Of a stretch of 64,000 nucleotides of DNA, positions 20,960-30,454 are shown piece after piece (within the stretch, counting starts at the first letter, position 1; every line of letters begins with the position of its first letter). The notes beneath the pieces were generated by a model that worked only from the letters and a program-made list of their open reading frames with translations, was not told where the DNA came from and searched no databases. The position numbers were made by a program, and so were the translations under genes. The DNA comes from an uncultured Chloroflexia bacterium (GTDB lineage: Bacteria; Chloroflexota; Anaerolineae; Anaerolineales; UBA4823): contig CAVUOY010000009.1 in NCBI GenBank assembly GCA_963743215.1, positions 29,709-93,708 of the forward strand, in the 5' to 3' direction.

Positions 20960-21278
20960 GCAGAGACGCCCCAGTGGGGCGTCTGGTATGGTATGGATTT
21001 CTTTTGTAGAGACGCCATACCATGGCGTCTGTCTTTGTCGCCGGGATCGTTGATCCCGGTCTTCTTCCTCACCGGGGGTTAAACCCCCGGCTCCAAAGAG
21101 CACCAAACCCGCACAGCGGGTTTCTATCGGTGAACCCGCATTGTCCAGGATTTCTTTTGTAGAGACGCCATATCATGGCGTCTAAAAAGATGGTTTTCTT
21201 TTGTAGAGACGTCCCAATGGGACGTCTAATCAATTTGCCTTTGGTTTTTGCAGAGACCCCCACCGTGTCGTCTCAACA
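20960..21278 (+). repeat. REP mosaic, cluster 3 (GTAGAGACG units plus a second palindrome class)
   Basis: Units at 20960, 21006, 21159, 21203 and 21250. An inserted CCGGGGGTTAAACCCCCGG and AAACCCGCacaGCGGGTTT occupy ~21071-21123. Confidence 0.85.
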
Positions 21279-21391
21279 AAAGGTCAATGGCGGTCCCGTA
21301 GGGGCGACCCACCAAACATCCTTGATCACTTTTATCGCCTGGTCATGAACATTCTTGATTTCCTGCGTCTACAGACGGGTCGCCCCTGCAC
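21262..21391. repeat. ~130-bp REPIN-like direct repeat, copy 1
   Basis: GTAGGGGCGACCC...GGGTCGCCCCTGC inverted pair with spacer. Highly similar to 22663-22793. Confidence 0.85.
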
Positions 21392-21550
21392 AACAAATCA
21401 AAAGGGAAGGGCTTACCCTGTCCCTACATGTTGGGTTTCGGGCAGAAATGCGTTCTCCTCTACCCAACCCCCGCGCTAATCGTGCTGAAGTTATAATTAG
21501 GACTAAAGATAGATATTTTCCAGCCATCCATAACACGGAGCTGCGTATCT

Positions 21551-22616
21551 ATGATGAAAAAATTTCTTCTCTTTTCCTTGCTTGCACTCCTCACCCTGCT
21601 GCCGACAACGAACGCCATTGCCAATTCTGCGCCACCACCCTCGGTGGTGTGGTTTACCCTGGTGTTCGAAACACAGCCAACACCAAGGCTGATGGGCATG
21701 CAATTGATCGGCTGCCCCACCGACCAGTGCACCCAGCCGGTATTATTTCAGCAATATGGGCGGTGTGATGCGCCAGGTTGTTTTTTTTCACCGGTCACGT
21801 TATCCGGGTTCGAAACCTCATTTGGTTGCGCCGCTAACCAATGCCGCCTCACATCTTACAATGCCTACGGTGGGATGGACTTCAAGCTGGTGGCGCAATT
21901 CTCCGACCAGGTGCGCAGCAGCCCGGTGACCAGCAAGTTGCCTTCAGGATTTGGGGAAGTTGCTGCGTGGAACGTTATCGTGGGAGCATCAGATTTATCC
22001 ATCACACCCGCTGCCACCATTCCAGCCATAAACGTGCCCTATCAGCTGTTTCGGCAAGACCTGGCCGTGATTGGGTTATCCATCCTGGTGGAATTGGTGG
22101 CTGCTGGGGCAGGTTTTTATCTCTGGGCACGCACAGATTGGCGCCAATGGCTGAAAAGGTTATTGGTTGTTTTCCTGGTAAACCTGGCCACGCTTCCAGC
22201 CGTGTGGTTGTTCTTTCCGGCTTTTGGGCAGTTTCAATCAGCCGGCAGCCGTAATCTCGGTCTTATCGCTATAATCGTTTCAGCATTCTATGTGGCTTTT
22301 CTAATCGTTATTTATCGGTCGCCGCGAAAAGTTCGCCTCTGGGCTATCCCCGTGATTGCTGGTGACAGGCCTGGTGACCGGTTTAGTAAGTCTCTTTCTG
22401 TTAATGATGGCTTATTATGGAGGACAGACGGTATATGCCCTGGGTCTACCTCCTACGCTGGTGATACTGATATCAGAGCTGTTTGCTGTGATAACTGAGG
22501 CGCTTCTGATTTCCATCCTGTGTAAACTGCCTCTCAAGACGAGATGGATTTGGATCACCAGCCTCGCCATGAATGCCGCCAGTTTCATCGTGGGTCAATT
22601 ATTGATCGGCAGATAA
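21551..22616 (+). CDS. hypothetical membrane protein with signal peptide (frameshift near 22360)
   Basis: Signal peptide then ANSAPPP, a Cys-rich external domain, and TM segments (VNLATLP..W). ELFAVITEA...MNAASF continues in the second frame. Confidence 0.75.
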
Positions 22617-22662
22617 GCAGAAATTTGCACCCAAAATATTGGGTAAAAACGTACAAACGCCC

Positions 22663-22793
22663 GCCGTGTCGTCTCTACAAAGGGTCAATGTCGGTCCCGT
22701 TGGGGCGACCCATCAAAACATCCTTGATCTCTTTTATCGCCTGGTCATGAACATCCATGATTTCCTGTGTCTACAGACGGGTCGCCCCTGCAC
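22663..22793. repeat. ~130-bp REPIN-like direct repeat, copy 2
   Basis: Near-copy of 21262-21391. Confidence 0.85.
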
Positions 22794-22799
22794 TACGAT

Positions 22800-23325
22800 C
22801 CTCTCGTCATCCGATAATCCGCTATGCTATCCGTTACCAGTTCCTCCACCTCCAGCGCCTGCACGGAGACGCCCCGCCGGGGCGTCTCTACAAAAGACTT
22901 ATCAACCCTTTGTGTACTTCGCGACCTTTGTGTTTTTCTTTTCCCCTCTCCAGGAATCAAAAAGGGACGGCCTTGCGACTGTCCCTGTATCTACATTATG
23001 TTGGGTTTCGGGCGGAAATGCGTTGCCCTCAACACCAACCTACGTGCTTCTCTCGTCATCCGATAATCCGCTATGCTATCCGTTTACCAGTTTTCTCCAC
23101 CCCCGGCGTCTGCACGGAGACGCCCCACCGGGGCGTCTCTACGAAACAAAATGATTAATTTAACCCTTTGTGTCCCTTGTGTCCGTTGTGGTTATCTTAT
23201 TTCTTGTATTATCGCCCAAATGCAAAACCAGCCAGGAATCAAAAAGGGACGGCCTTGCGACCGTCCCTGTGTCTACATCATGTTGGGTTTCGGACAGAAA
23301 AATATTGCCCTCAACACCAACCTAC
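22800..23325. repeat. tandem duplication of a REP-containing block and the groEL terminator region
   Basis: 22801-22893 resembles 23050-23144 (each ends in a minus-strand REP). 22950-23043 resembles 23232-23325. A degenerate third copy lies at ~21396-21469. Confidence 0.85.
23238..23268 (-). terminator. groEL terminator
   Basis: AGGGACGG...CCGTCCCT hairpin with an adjacent A5 (T5 on the minus strand). Confidence 0.75.
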
Positions 23326-23333
23326 ATATTGGT

Positions 23334-24977
23334 TTAATAATCCATCCCACCACCACCAGGCGGCATCATGGGTGCCTTGTCCTTCTCAGGCACGTCGGTG
23401 ACGAGCGCTTCGGTGGTCAGGATCATGGCGGCGATGGAAGCCGCGTTCTCGAGCGCACCACGTGTGACCTTGGCGGGGTCGATGACACCGTCTTTGATCA
23501 TGTCCACGTATTCCTCGCTGATCACGTTGAAGCCAATGTTCTTGTTCTTCTTTTCCTTCTGGGTGCGGCGGACGGTATCCAAAATGACGGAGCCATCCTT
23601 GCCGGCGTTCTCGGAGATCTTGCGCAGTGGCACTTCAAGCGCCTTGCGCACGATGCTCACACCGATCTGGGCGTCCTCATTGTCCATCTTCAGGCCATCC
23701 AGGGCTTTCATGGCGTTGATCAGGGCAACTCCACCACCCGGCACGATACCGTCTTCGACGGCGGCGCGGGTTGCAGACAGGGCGTCTTCCACGCGGTGCT
23801 TCTTCTCTTTCAGCTCGGTCTCAGTTGCGGCACCCACACGGATGATCGCAACGCCACCGGAGAGCTTGGCGAGACGTTCCTGCAGTTTTTCCTTGTCATA
23901 ATCGCTGGTGCTCTTGTCGATTTCCACACGGATCTGGTCGATGCGTCCTTTGATCAAGGCAGCATCGCCCTTGCCACCCACGATGGTGGTATCGTCTTTG
24001 GTGATGACGACCTTCTCAGCACGACCGAGGTCGGCGATGGTGGTCCCATCCAGCTTACGACCGGTCTCTTCGGAGATCACCTGACCATTGGTCAGAACGG
24101 CGATATCCTGCATCATAGCCTTGCGGCGGTCACCAAAGCCAGGGGCTTTGACGGCCACAGCGTTCAGCATGCCGCGGATCTTGTTGAGTACCAGGGTTGC
24201 CAGGGCTTCACCATCCACGTCTTCGGCGATGATGACCAGGTCGCGCTTGCCAATCTGGACCAATTTCTCGAGCAGCGGGACAATATCAGCCGCGGCGGAG
24301 ATCTTCTTGTCATAGATCAAAATATAGGCATCTTCAATGGAGGCTTCCATGTGTTCGGGGTCGGTGATGAAATAAGGGGAGACGTAGCCACGGTCGAACT
24401 GCATACCTTCGACGTACTCGGTCTCGAATTCCAGACCCTTGGATTCTTCCACGGTGATAACGCCATCTTTACCCACCTTGTCCATCACATCCGCGATCAG
24501 CTCACCGATGACACGGTCTTGGGCAGAAATGGAGGCTACATTGCCGATCTCGGCTTTGGTGGTAACTTCGATGGCATCCTCGCCAATCTTCTTGACTACG
24601 GCTTTGGTGGCGGCCTCGATCCCGTGCTTGAGCAGCATGGGGTTGAAGCCGGCGGCGAGGTTCTTCATACCTTCGGCGACGATGGCATGTGCCAGCACGG
24701 TGGAGGTGGTGGTACCGTCACCAGCAATATCGTTGGTTTTGGTAGCGGCTTCTTTGAGCAGCTGGGCGCCCATATTTTCAAAGGGGTCTTCCAGCTCAAT
24801 TTCCTTGGCGACGGTGACGCCGTCATGGGTAATGGTGGGGGAACCGAACTTGCGGTCTAAAGCCACATTGCGCCCCTTGGGGCCAAGTGTGGTTGCGACT
24901 GCGTTTGCGAGGACGTCCATGCCTTTGCTCAGCTTGCGACGAGCTTCTTCAGAAAATTGCAGTTGTTTTGCTGCCAT
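23334..24977 (-). CDS. groEL: chaperonin GroEL
   Basis: [26 protein letters not shown]-terminal GGGGMDY. Confidence 0.99.
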   Translation of the reverse strand: MAAKQLQFSEEARRKLSKGMDVLANAVATTLGPKGRNVALDRKFGSPTITHDGVTVAKEIELEDPFENMGAQLLKEAATKTNDIAGDGTTTSTVLAHAIVAEGMKNLAAGFNPMLLKHGIEAATKAVVKKIGEDAIEVTTKAEIGNVASISAQDRVIGELIADVMDKVGKDGVITVEESKGLEFETEYVEGMQFDRGYVSPYFITDPEHMEASIEDAYILIYDKKISAAADIVPLLEKLVQIGKRDLVIIAEDVDGEALATLVLNKIRGMLNAVAVKAPGFGDRRKAMMQDIAVLTNGQVISEETGRKLDGTTIADLGRAEKVVITKDDTTIVGGKGDAALIKGRIDQIRVEIDKSTSDYDKEKLQERLAKLSGGVAIIRVGAATETELKEKKHRVEDALSATRAAVEDGIVPGGGVALINAMKALDGLKMDNEDAQIGVSIVRKALEVPLRKISENAGKDGSVILDTVRRTQKEKKNKNIGFNVISEEYVDMIKDGVIDPAKVTRGALENAASIAAMILTTEALVTDVPEKDKAPMMPPGGGGMDY

Positions 24978-25007
24978 AGTTTTTAATACTCCTTTATCAG
25001 ACTTTGA

Positions 25008-25307
25008 TTATTTGCCTACAACAATTGCTAACAGATCACTTTCGCGCAGGATGAGCAGTTTCTTGCCATCCACCTTGATTTCGGTGCCGGAATACTTGGC
25101 GAACAGGACCACATCACCTTTTTTGACATCCATGGCGATACGCTTGCCTTCGTCATCACGGTCACCAGGGCCGACGGCCAGGACGGTGCCTTTTTGGGGT
25201 TTTTCTTTCGCTGTTTCGGGGAGAACGATGCCACTGGGGGTGATTTCATCTTGCTCGATGGGTTCAACCACCACGCGGCTGCCTAAGGGTTTGAAATTGA
25301 TGGACAT
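25008..25307 (-). CDS. groES: co-chaperonin GroES
   Basis: [40 protein letters not shown] before ATG at 25307. Confidence 0.99.
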   Translation of the reverse strand: MSINFKPLGSRVVVEPIEQDEITPSGIVLPETAKEKPQKGTVLAVGPGDRDDEGKRIAMDVKKGDVVLFAKYSGTEIKVDGKKLLILRESDLLAIVVGK

Positions 25308-25363
25308 AGCCACCTCCTATAATGGAATGATTTGGATTGATTATCCGATTAACTAGACGTGGT

Positions 25364-25390
25364 TTAGCACTCGCGCGAATAGAGTGCTAA
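25364..25390. promoter_or_regulatory. CIRCE element (HrcA operator)
   Basis: Perfect TTAGCACTC-N9-GAGTGCTAA upstream of groES. Confidence 0.97.
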
Positions 25391-25400
25391 ACCATGGTGA

Positions 25401-25429
25401 ATGATAACCAAATGTAGAATAAAAGTCAA
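25401..25429 (-). promoter_or_regulatory. groESL sigma70 promoter
   Basis: Minus strand TTGACT-N17-TATCAT, just upstream of the CIRCE. Confidence 0.85.
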
Positions 25430-25479
25430 GGGAGAGCGGCTGATTCGAAATGATTCTAACGAAATTCTGATATTAATTT

Positions 25480-25605
25480 GTAGCCGTGATCGGTGATCGC
25501 GTACAGAGGAAGGGAGGCACGTATCTTTTGTAGCCGTGATCGGTGATCACGGCCAACAAAGCGTGCCGCTATCAACGATAGCGGCTACAAGACCTGCGGC
25601 TACAA
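25480..25605. repeat. GTAG-type REP cluster, class GTAGCCGTGATCGGTGATC
   Basis: Two direct copies of TTTGTAGCCGTGATCGGTGATC (~25477 and ~25527) and two inverted GCGGCTACA ends. Confidence 0.7.
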
Positions 25606-25644
25606 CTTCAATGGCACAAAACAGACACGATTTTTTTGGTTGTT

Positions 25645-27015
25645 TCAGGGCGAGGGAGTACCCATCAAATCGCGGCAGGTGGCTTCGTTATCTTCCACAT
25701 TTTTCATCAAGACGGGGTCGTCGGGGTAGGTCAGGCGCAGCTGGGTCATCAGCTCGAGCGAGTGCGAGCAGTAGCCGTTATCGGGGGTGCTCAAGTAGGC
25801 CAGCACACTGCCGTAGCGCACGTAATAGTAGGCTATGTTCAGGTTGGTGAGCGGCAACGGCTGCACAGAGGTGCTTTCGGTGAGGATGCCATTTTCGACG
25901 AAGAGCTTGGCGGTGTCATTTTCGTTCGCGCTGCAGCCGTCTACAGCGCAGCGCAAGGTGGGCAGGGCAGTCTCGTAGTTGCGCGCCTGCACGTAGATCA
26001 TGCCCAGCTGACCGTAAGTATCGGCATTGGCAGGGTCAAAGGAGAGGGCTTTCTCACCGTTGCGGGCGGCAATGAAGAACTCACCCTGTTGGGCGTAGGT
26101 CTTGGCGATGGCGATGTACGGCAGGGGGTCCTTGATCCCCAGCGTCTGGTTGATGGTGGCAGCCTTCTCGAAGTACTCCAGGGCGGTGGGAAAGACCTGC
26201 AGCTGGCGGTAGCCGATACCAATGCGCAGGTAGAGGAAGGTGAGGTTGGGTGTGATCTTGGAGGCCTTGATAAATTCATCGATGGCATCGCGGTAATAGC
26301 CCCAGGCTTCCAAGACGGTGCCCATGACGCGGTGGGTATCCATCGAATCAGGCGCCAGCGTAACCGCCTGCGTGGCGTACTCCTTGGCCTGGTCCCACTT
26401 ATCCTGGTCGAGCAGCACCTCAGCATAATAGGCCAGGGCGGTGGCATTTTCGGGGTCGAGCAGATAAGCCCGGTTGGCCTGAGTTTCGGCTTGCGCCAGG
26501 TAAGCCTCCCTCTCGTCCGCACTGATCAGGTTGCTGGAGGCATTCCAGTCCAGCACAAAGGCGTAGATGGCAGCGACGGTTGAGTCATCCGGAGCCAGTT
26601 CGACTCCCTTTTCAATCGAGTCAAGCGCTTCCTGCAGCCGGTCGAGGCGCAGCTGGTCGGTGCTGAGTGTGCTGTAGGAATAGATCTGAATGCGGGCAAG
26701 CTCAGCCCAGATGGTGGCGTTGCTGGGATCGATCGCCAGGGCTTGCTGGTAGGCACCAATGGCATCCTGATCGGAGGCCGGGTCGTCCAGCTTACCGGCC
26801 GCAAAATAGGTTTGTGCCGCCATGATGTAGGATTGAGGGCTGCGGGTGGGCGTGGGTGTGGGGTCGAATGGAGATTTGACCTCCCCGCGCTGAAACTGCA
26901 GCAGCAGCCAGATGCTGCCCAGGATCAGCAAAGCCAGGAACAGGATGCGATACGGGTTGGACTTGCTCCTGACCGGATGGAGGTTAAAGGTCTTGCCGGA
27001 CTGGATCTGGCTCAT
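25645..27015 (-). CDS. membrane-anchored TPR protein
   Basis: N-terminal TM, PTPTPTRS linker, repeated A..lDP.na.a TPR units. Confidence 0.9.
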   Translation of the reverse strand: MSQIQSGKTFNLHPVRSKSNPYRILFLALLILGSIWLLLQFQRGEVKSPFDPTPTPTRSPQSYIMAAQTYFAAGKLDDPASDQDAIGAYQQALAIDPSNATIWAELARIQIYSYSTLSTDQLRLDRLQEALDSIEKGVELAPDDSTVAAIYAFVLDWNASSNLISADEREAYLAQAETQANRAYLLDPENATALAYYAEVLLDQDKWDQAKEYATQAVTLAPDSMDTHRVMGTVLEAWGYYRDAIDEFIKASKITPNLTFLYLRIGIGYRQLQVFPTALEYFEKAATINQTLGIKDPLPYIAIAKTYAQQGEFFIAARNGEKALSFDPANADTYGQLGMIYVQARNYETALPTLRCAVDGCSANENDTAKLFVENGILTESTSVQPLPLTNLNIAYYYVRYGSVLAYLSTPDNGYCSHSLELMTQLRLTYPDDPVLMKNVEDNEATCRDLMGTPSP

Positions 27016-27016
27016 A

Positions 27017-28255
27017 TCAAGGTGTAGGCGTCACAGTTGCTGCAGCAGGTGTACCGGAGACGGTGCGGCAGTAGTCCATCCCCTGGGTGGCATTGTAATA
27101 TGCCACCTGGTCATCTGCGATTTGGGTTAGGATGAGCTGCATGATCGGGATGGCCTCGGAACAGTGGTCAGTCTGGGTGAGCGATAGTGCATAGATCGAA
27201 TAGTAATCATCGGCGATCCGCCCGGGTGCCAGTGGAAGTCCCTCGACCACCACGCCATCTGCAGTGGTGCCCCCGTGCACCACCAGGGTTAGCTCTTCAG
27301 CTGCATGGGCATATTCATCATTCTTATACAGCATCACGCCCAGATTGCCATGCAGGCGGGCACTGGCTGGATCGAGTTTCACCGCCTGGTCGGCGTACTG
27401 GATCGCCTTGCCGTACTGTCCTTCGGTGGCATACGTGCGGGATATTTCAACCAGGATATCCGGGTTGGTGGGGTTGAGCGCCACAGCGGTAAGCATTTCC
27501 TGGTACGCCAGGTTATACTCACCCTGCAGCTTATACACCGCCCCAAGCGAGTAATGCAGGTCCCATAGCTTGTCGTTCAGGGAGATGGCAGCCTTGTACT
27601 CCGAGATAGCCTCGGTGAAGTTACCGGTGTTGAAGAGCACATAGCCGCGTGCCCGGTGCGTCTCAAGCGCGCTAGGAGCCAGCGCCTGGGCTTTCTGAGA
27701 CATGTCGATGGCGGTCTGGATATCTTCATAGTTACCCTGGTCAAGCAATATCTCCGTGTAGTAGGCATAGGCAGCGGCGTTATTCGGGTCAAGTTCGATG
27801 GCTTTCGTGACCGCAATCGTGGCATCGTCATACTCACCCACAAAATCCAGGGCGGAAGCCTTGATGGCATAGGCCATGGAGTTGTTTGGGTTGAGCAGCA
27901 GGGCATTCTCAGCATTGGTGACTGCATCTTGGTACAACCCGGCGAATATTTGGATGCGGGCAAGGTCAATGAAAGTGGCTGGGTTGCGTGGGTCAGCCAG
28001 GACGGCTTGCTTGTAAAAGTCGATGGCCTGGGAGAGCTTTCCATCGGTGAAGTAGGCCTGGGCTTCATTGAGCAGGGATTCCTGGCTGCGGGTGGGTGTA
28101 GGGGAGGGCATGAAGAGGGTGGGCATATCCGGCACCACCACCTGGTTAAAATAAATCAACGCACCGATCGCCACGACTAAAAAGGCGATCAGTAGCGGGT
28201 TTGAAGGGCGACGGGTGCGCTTCTTCATGTTCAATTTGCCACCACGCAAGTACAT
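27017..28255 (-). CDS. membrane-anchored TPR protein (paralog of the adjacent gene)
   Basis: TM, PSPTPTRS linker, multiple TPRs, C-terminal Cys pair. Confidence 0.9.
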   Translation of the reverse strand: MYLRGGKLNMKKRTRRPSNPLLIAFLVVAIGALIYFNQVVVPDMPTLFMPSPTPTRSQESLLNEAQAYFTDGKLSQAIDFYKQAVLADPRNPATFIDLARIQIFAGLYQDAVTNAENALLLNPNNSMAYAIKASALDFVGEYDDATIAVTKAIELDPNNAAAYAYYTEILLDQGNYEDIQTAIDMSQKAQALAPSALETHRARGYVLFNTGNFTEAISEYKAAISLNDKLWDLHYSLGAVYKLQGEYNLAYQEMLTAVALNPTNPDILVEISRTYATEGQYGKAIQYADQAVKLDPASARLHGNLGVMLYKNDEYAHAAEELTLVVHGGTTADGVVVEGLPLAPGRIADDYYSIYALSLTQTDHCSEAIPIMQLILTQIADDQVAYYNATQGMDYCRTVSGTPAAATVTPTP

Positions 28256-28374
28256 GGTTTCATATTACCACCGCCTGGAGGGAGAATCAAGAGAGATATA
28301 ATGTAGATTAAGATTCTCTCGTTTGAGGCACTGCTTGATTCTTTAACAATTGTGGTAAAATCATTTTCGCAAAC

Positions 28375-28448
28375 GTCCCTGTAGCTCAGCGGATTAGAGC
28401 ATTTGCTTGCGGAGCAAAGGGTCGGGCGTTCGAATCGCCCCAGGGACG
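28375..28448 (+). tRNA. tRNA-Arg(GCG)
   Basis: Acceptor GTCCCTG/CAGGGAC, D arm GCTC/GAGC, anticodon stem TTTGC/GCAAA with loop TT-GCG-GA, T loop TTCGAAT. CCA is not fully encoded. Confidence 0.95.
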
Positions 28449-28460
28449 CCTTATAGCCTC

Positions 28461-28521
28461 GCTCGCAAAGGACGTTCGCCATGCTTTGTCGCAGAAGAGT
28501 CCTTGAGCGAGCCGTTTTTTT
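28461..28521 (+). terminator. hairpin with T-tract downstream of tRNA-Arg
   Basis: GCTCGC-AAAGGAC...GTCCTT-GAGCGAGC followed by T7. Confidence 0.5.
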
Positions 28522-28546
28522 AAATTTCTAATGAGGGTGTGATCTG

Positions 28547-29356
28547 ATGGACAAACCATTCCAAATCCTGCTGACAAATGATGATGGCATCCAGTCCCCA
28601 GGGCTGTGGGCTGCCGCGGGGGCGCTTTCAGAACTCGGATACGTGCACGTGGTGGCGCCGCGCGACCAGTTCTCAGGCGCGGGGCGCAGCCTACCATCCA
28701 CTTCAGACGGGATCATCACCCCGCAGCAGATGCAGGTGAATGGCAAACTGTGGACGGTGTACAGCGTGGGTGGCACCCCGGCGCAGGCCATCCTGCATGC
28801 TATTTGCGAGATCCTGCCCGAGCCGCCTCATCTGGTGGTCTCGGGGATCAATTATGGCGAAAACCTGGGTGTAGGTGTGACCGTCTCGGGGACGGTGGGA
28901 GCGGCTATGGAAGGGGCGGGCAATGGCATTCCGGCACTGGCGGTTTCGTTGGAGACGGATGCCTCGGAGCACCTGTCTTATTCCACCAAGATCGATTTTT
29001 CAAGCGCGGCATACTTCACCACCCTGTTCGGGCGGATGATCCTGGAACGCAAGCTGCCTCAGGATGTGGACCTGCTCAATGTGAATGTGCCCTGTGAGGG
29101 TACTGCAGACACCCCGTGGGAGGTCACACGCCTATCACACCAGGCGTACTTTGTGCCCGTCACTCCAAAACGGGTACAATGGGACCAACCAGAGACGGTG
29201 GGTTACCGTCGGATTGAAGAGCTCAGCGGTAGCGCTGCCGATACGGATGTGCACGCCCTGCGGGTGAAACGGGTGGTCTCGGTGACGCCGCTTAGCCTGG
29301 ATATGACCTCCAGGGTGAGCTTGCAAGAATTCGAAAAGCTGCTGCGAAACAAATGA
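28547..29356 (+). CDS. surE: 5'/3'-nucleotidase SurE
   Basis: ILLTNDDGI, VVSGINYGENLG, SGTVGAA, VSVTPL. Confidence 0.96.
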   Translation: MDKPFQILLTNDDGIQSPGLWAAAGALSELGYVHVVAPRDQFSGAGRSLPSTSDGIITPQQMQVNGKLWTVYSVGGTPAQAILHAICEILPEPPHLVVSGINYGENLGVGVTVSGTVGAAMEGAGNGIPALAVSLETDASEHLSYSTKIDFSSAAYFTTLFGRMILERKLPQDVDLLNVNVPCEGTADTPWEVTRLSHQAYFVPVTPKRVQWDQPETVGYRRIEELSGSAADTDVHALRVKRVVSVTPLSLDMTSRVSLQEFEKLLRNK

Positions 29357-29451
29357 GGTTGATATTAAGCGAATAAACAGAGGTTAGCAGGATAAGGGCG
29401 GATAAGATACTTAAATTAACACTCTGTACATAACGCGAAAGGGGCTGGAAT

Positions 29452-30222
29452 TCACGCCAGCTCACGCAGCAAGAGCGAATGGAGTTGAGGGTTAGCGGTC
29501 AACACAGACTGAGGCGCGGTCATGAAGTCTGGCTCGCCAGCCATGTTGGTGACCACCGCCCCGGATTCCAGAGCGATCAATGCACCAGCAGCCACATCCC
29601 AGGCTTTCAAGCTTAATTCCCAAAAACCATCGAAACGCCCGCAAGCGACATAACACAGGTCCAAGGCCGCCGACCCCAGGCGCCGCACTCCCTGCGTCTT
29701 CAGGGCCAGGTGGGCATAATGGTCCAGGTTGTTCTCCTGGGTGGTGCGGATGTCATAAGGGAAACCGGTGACGAGCAGCGTATGATCGAGGTCGGAGGTG
29801 GATGAGGGGTGGATGGGATCATCATTGAGCCAGGCACCTGAACCGGCTTCAGCGCTGAAACACTCATCCCGCATCGGGTCATAGACCACTCCCAGACGTA
29901 GTACTCCGGCTTCGGCATAGGCAATCGAAACCGAGTAGATCGGAATCCCATGCACGTAGTTGACTGTGCCGTCCAAAGGGTCGACGTACCAGGAATGGTC
30001 AGAGGTACCAGAGTGCTCGCCGCTCTCCTCAGCCACGATACGGTCAGCTGGAAAATGTTGGCGGATGTAGCTGAGCAGGAAAGCCTCTGATTGGCGGTCG
30101 GCTTCGCTGACCAGGTCGATCACTCCTTTTTGGTCAACATGCAGGAGCTGTCCGAAGCTAGTGCGCAGGATCTCGCCAGCCTGGCGAGCGAGGGTGATGA
30201 GTTCTTCTAGGGTGGGGGGCAT
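29452..30222 (-). CDS. suhB: inositol monophosphatase family protein
   Basis: WYVDPLDGTVNY, RRLGSAALDL, WDVAAG. Confidence 0.93.
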   Translation of the reverse strand: MPPTLEELITLARQAGEILRTSFGQLLHVDQKGVIDLVSEADRQSEAFLLSYIRQHFPADRIVAEESGEHSGTSDHSWYVDPLDGTVNYVHGIPIYSVSIAYAEAGVLRLGVVYDPMRDECFSAEAGSGAWLNDDPIHPSSTSDLDHTLLVTGFPYDIRTTQENNLDHYAHLALKTQGVRRLGSAALDLCYVACGRFDGFWELSLKAWDVAAGALIALESGAVVTNMAGEPDFMTAPQSVLTANPQLHSLLLRELA

Positions 30223-30454
30223 AATGCGGGTATTTTAGCCGGGATGTGGACGGAAGGCAAGGATTATGATTGCTTGAGAGGAAAAAAAAGACACTAAGGA
30301 AACAACGGACGCAAAGGTATCTTAATGATAAAAAAAACTGTGTACAAATTGGGAAGCTTCGAACACTTCATGAACACAAGAAGTATTGCTTCTTCTGCTA
30401 ATTACCGGTTCTTTATCCTTGCTTATCCGCCCTTATCCCTGTAATAAAAACTCA

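Noticed and set aside
23073..24860. 595-aa plus-strand ORF, and the similar 24439-25356 and 25636-26583 ORFs
   Set aside because: These are antisense shadows of groEL/groES and a TPR gene arising from codon bias.
30286..30325. GGACGCAAAG suggesting a c-di-GMP-I riboswitch
   Set aside because: There is no upstream GGCAAAC stem and the orientation is wrong for the neighbouring genes. It is better explained as a degenerate short-period repeat.
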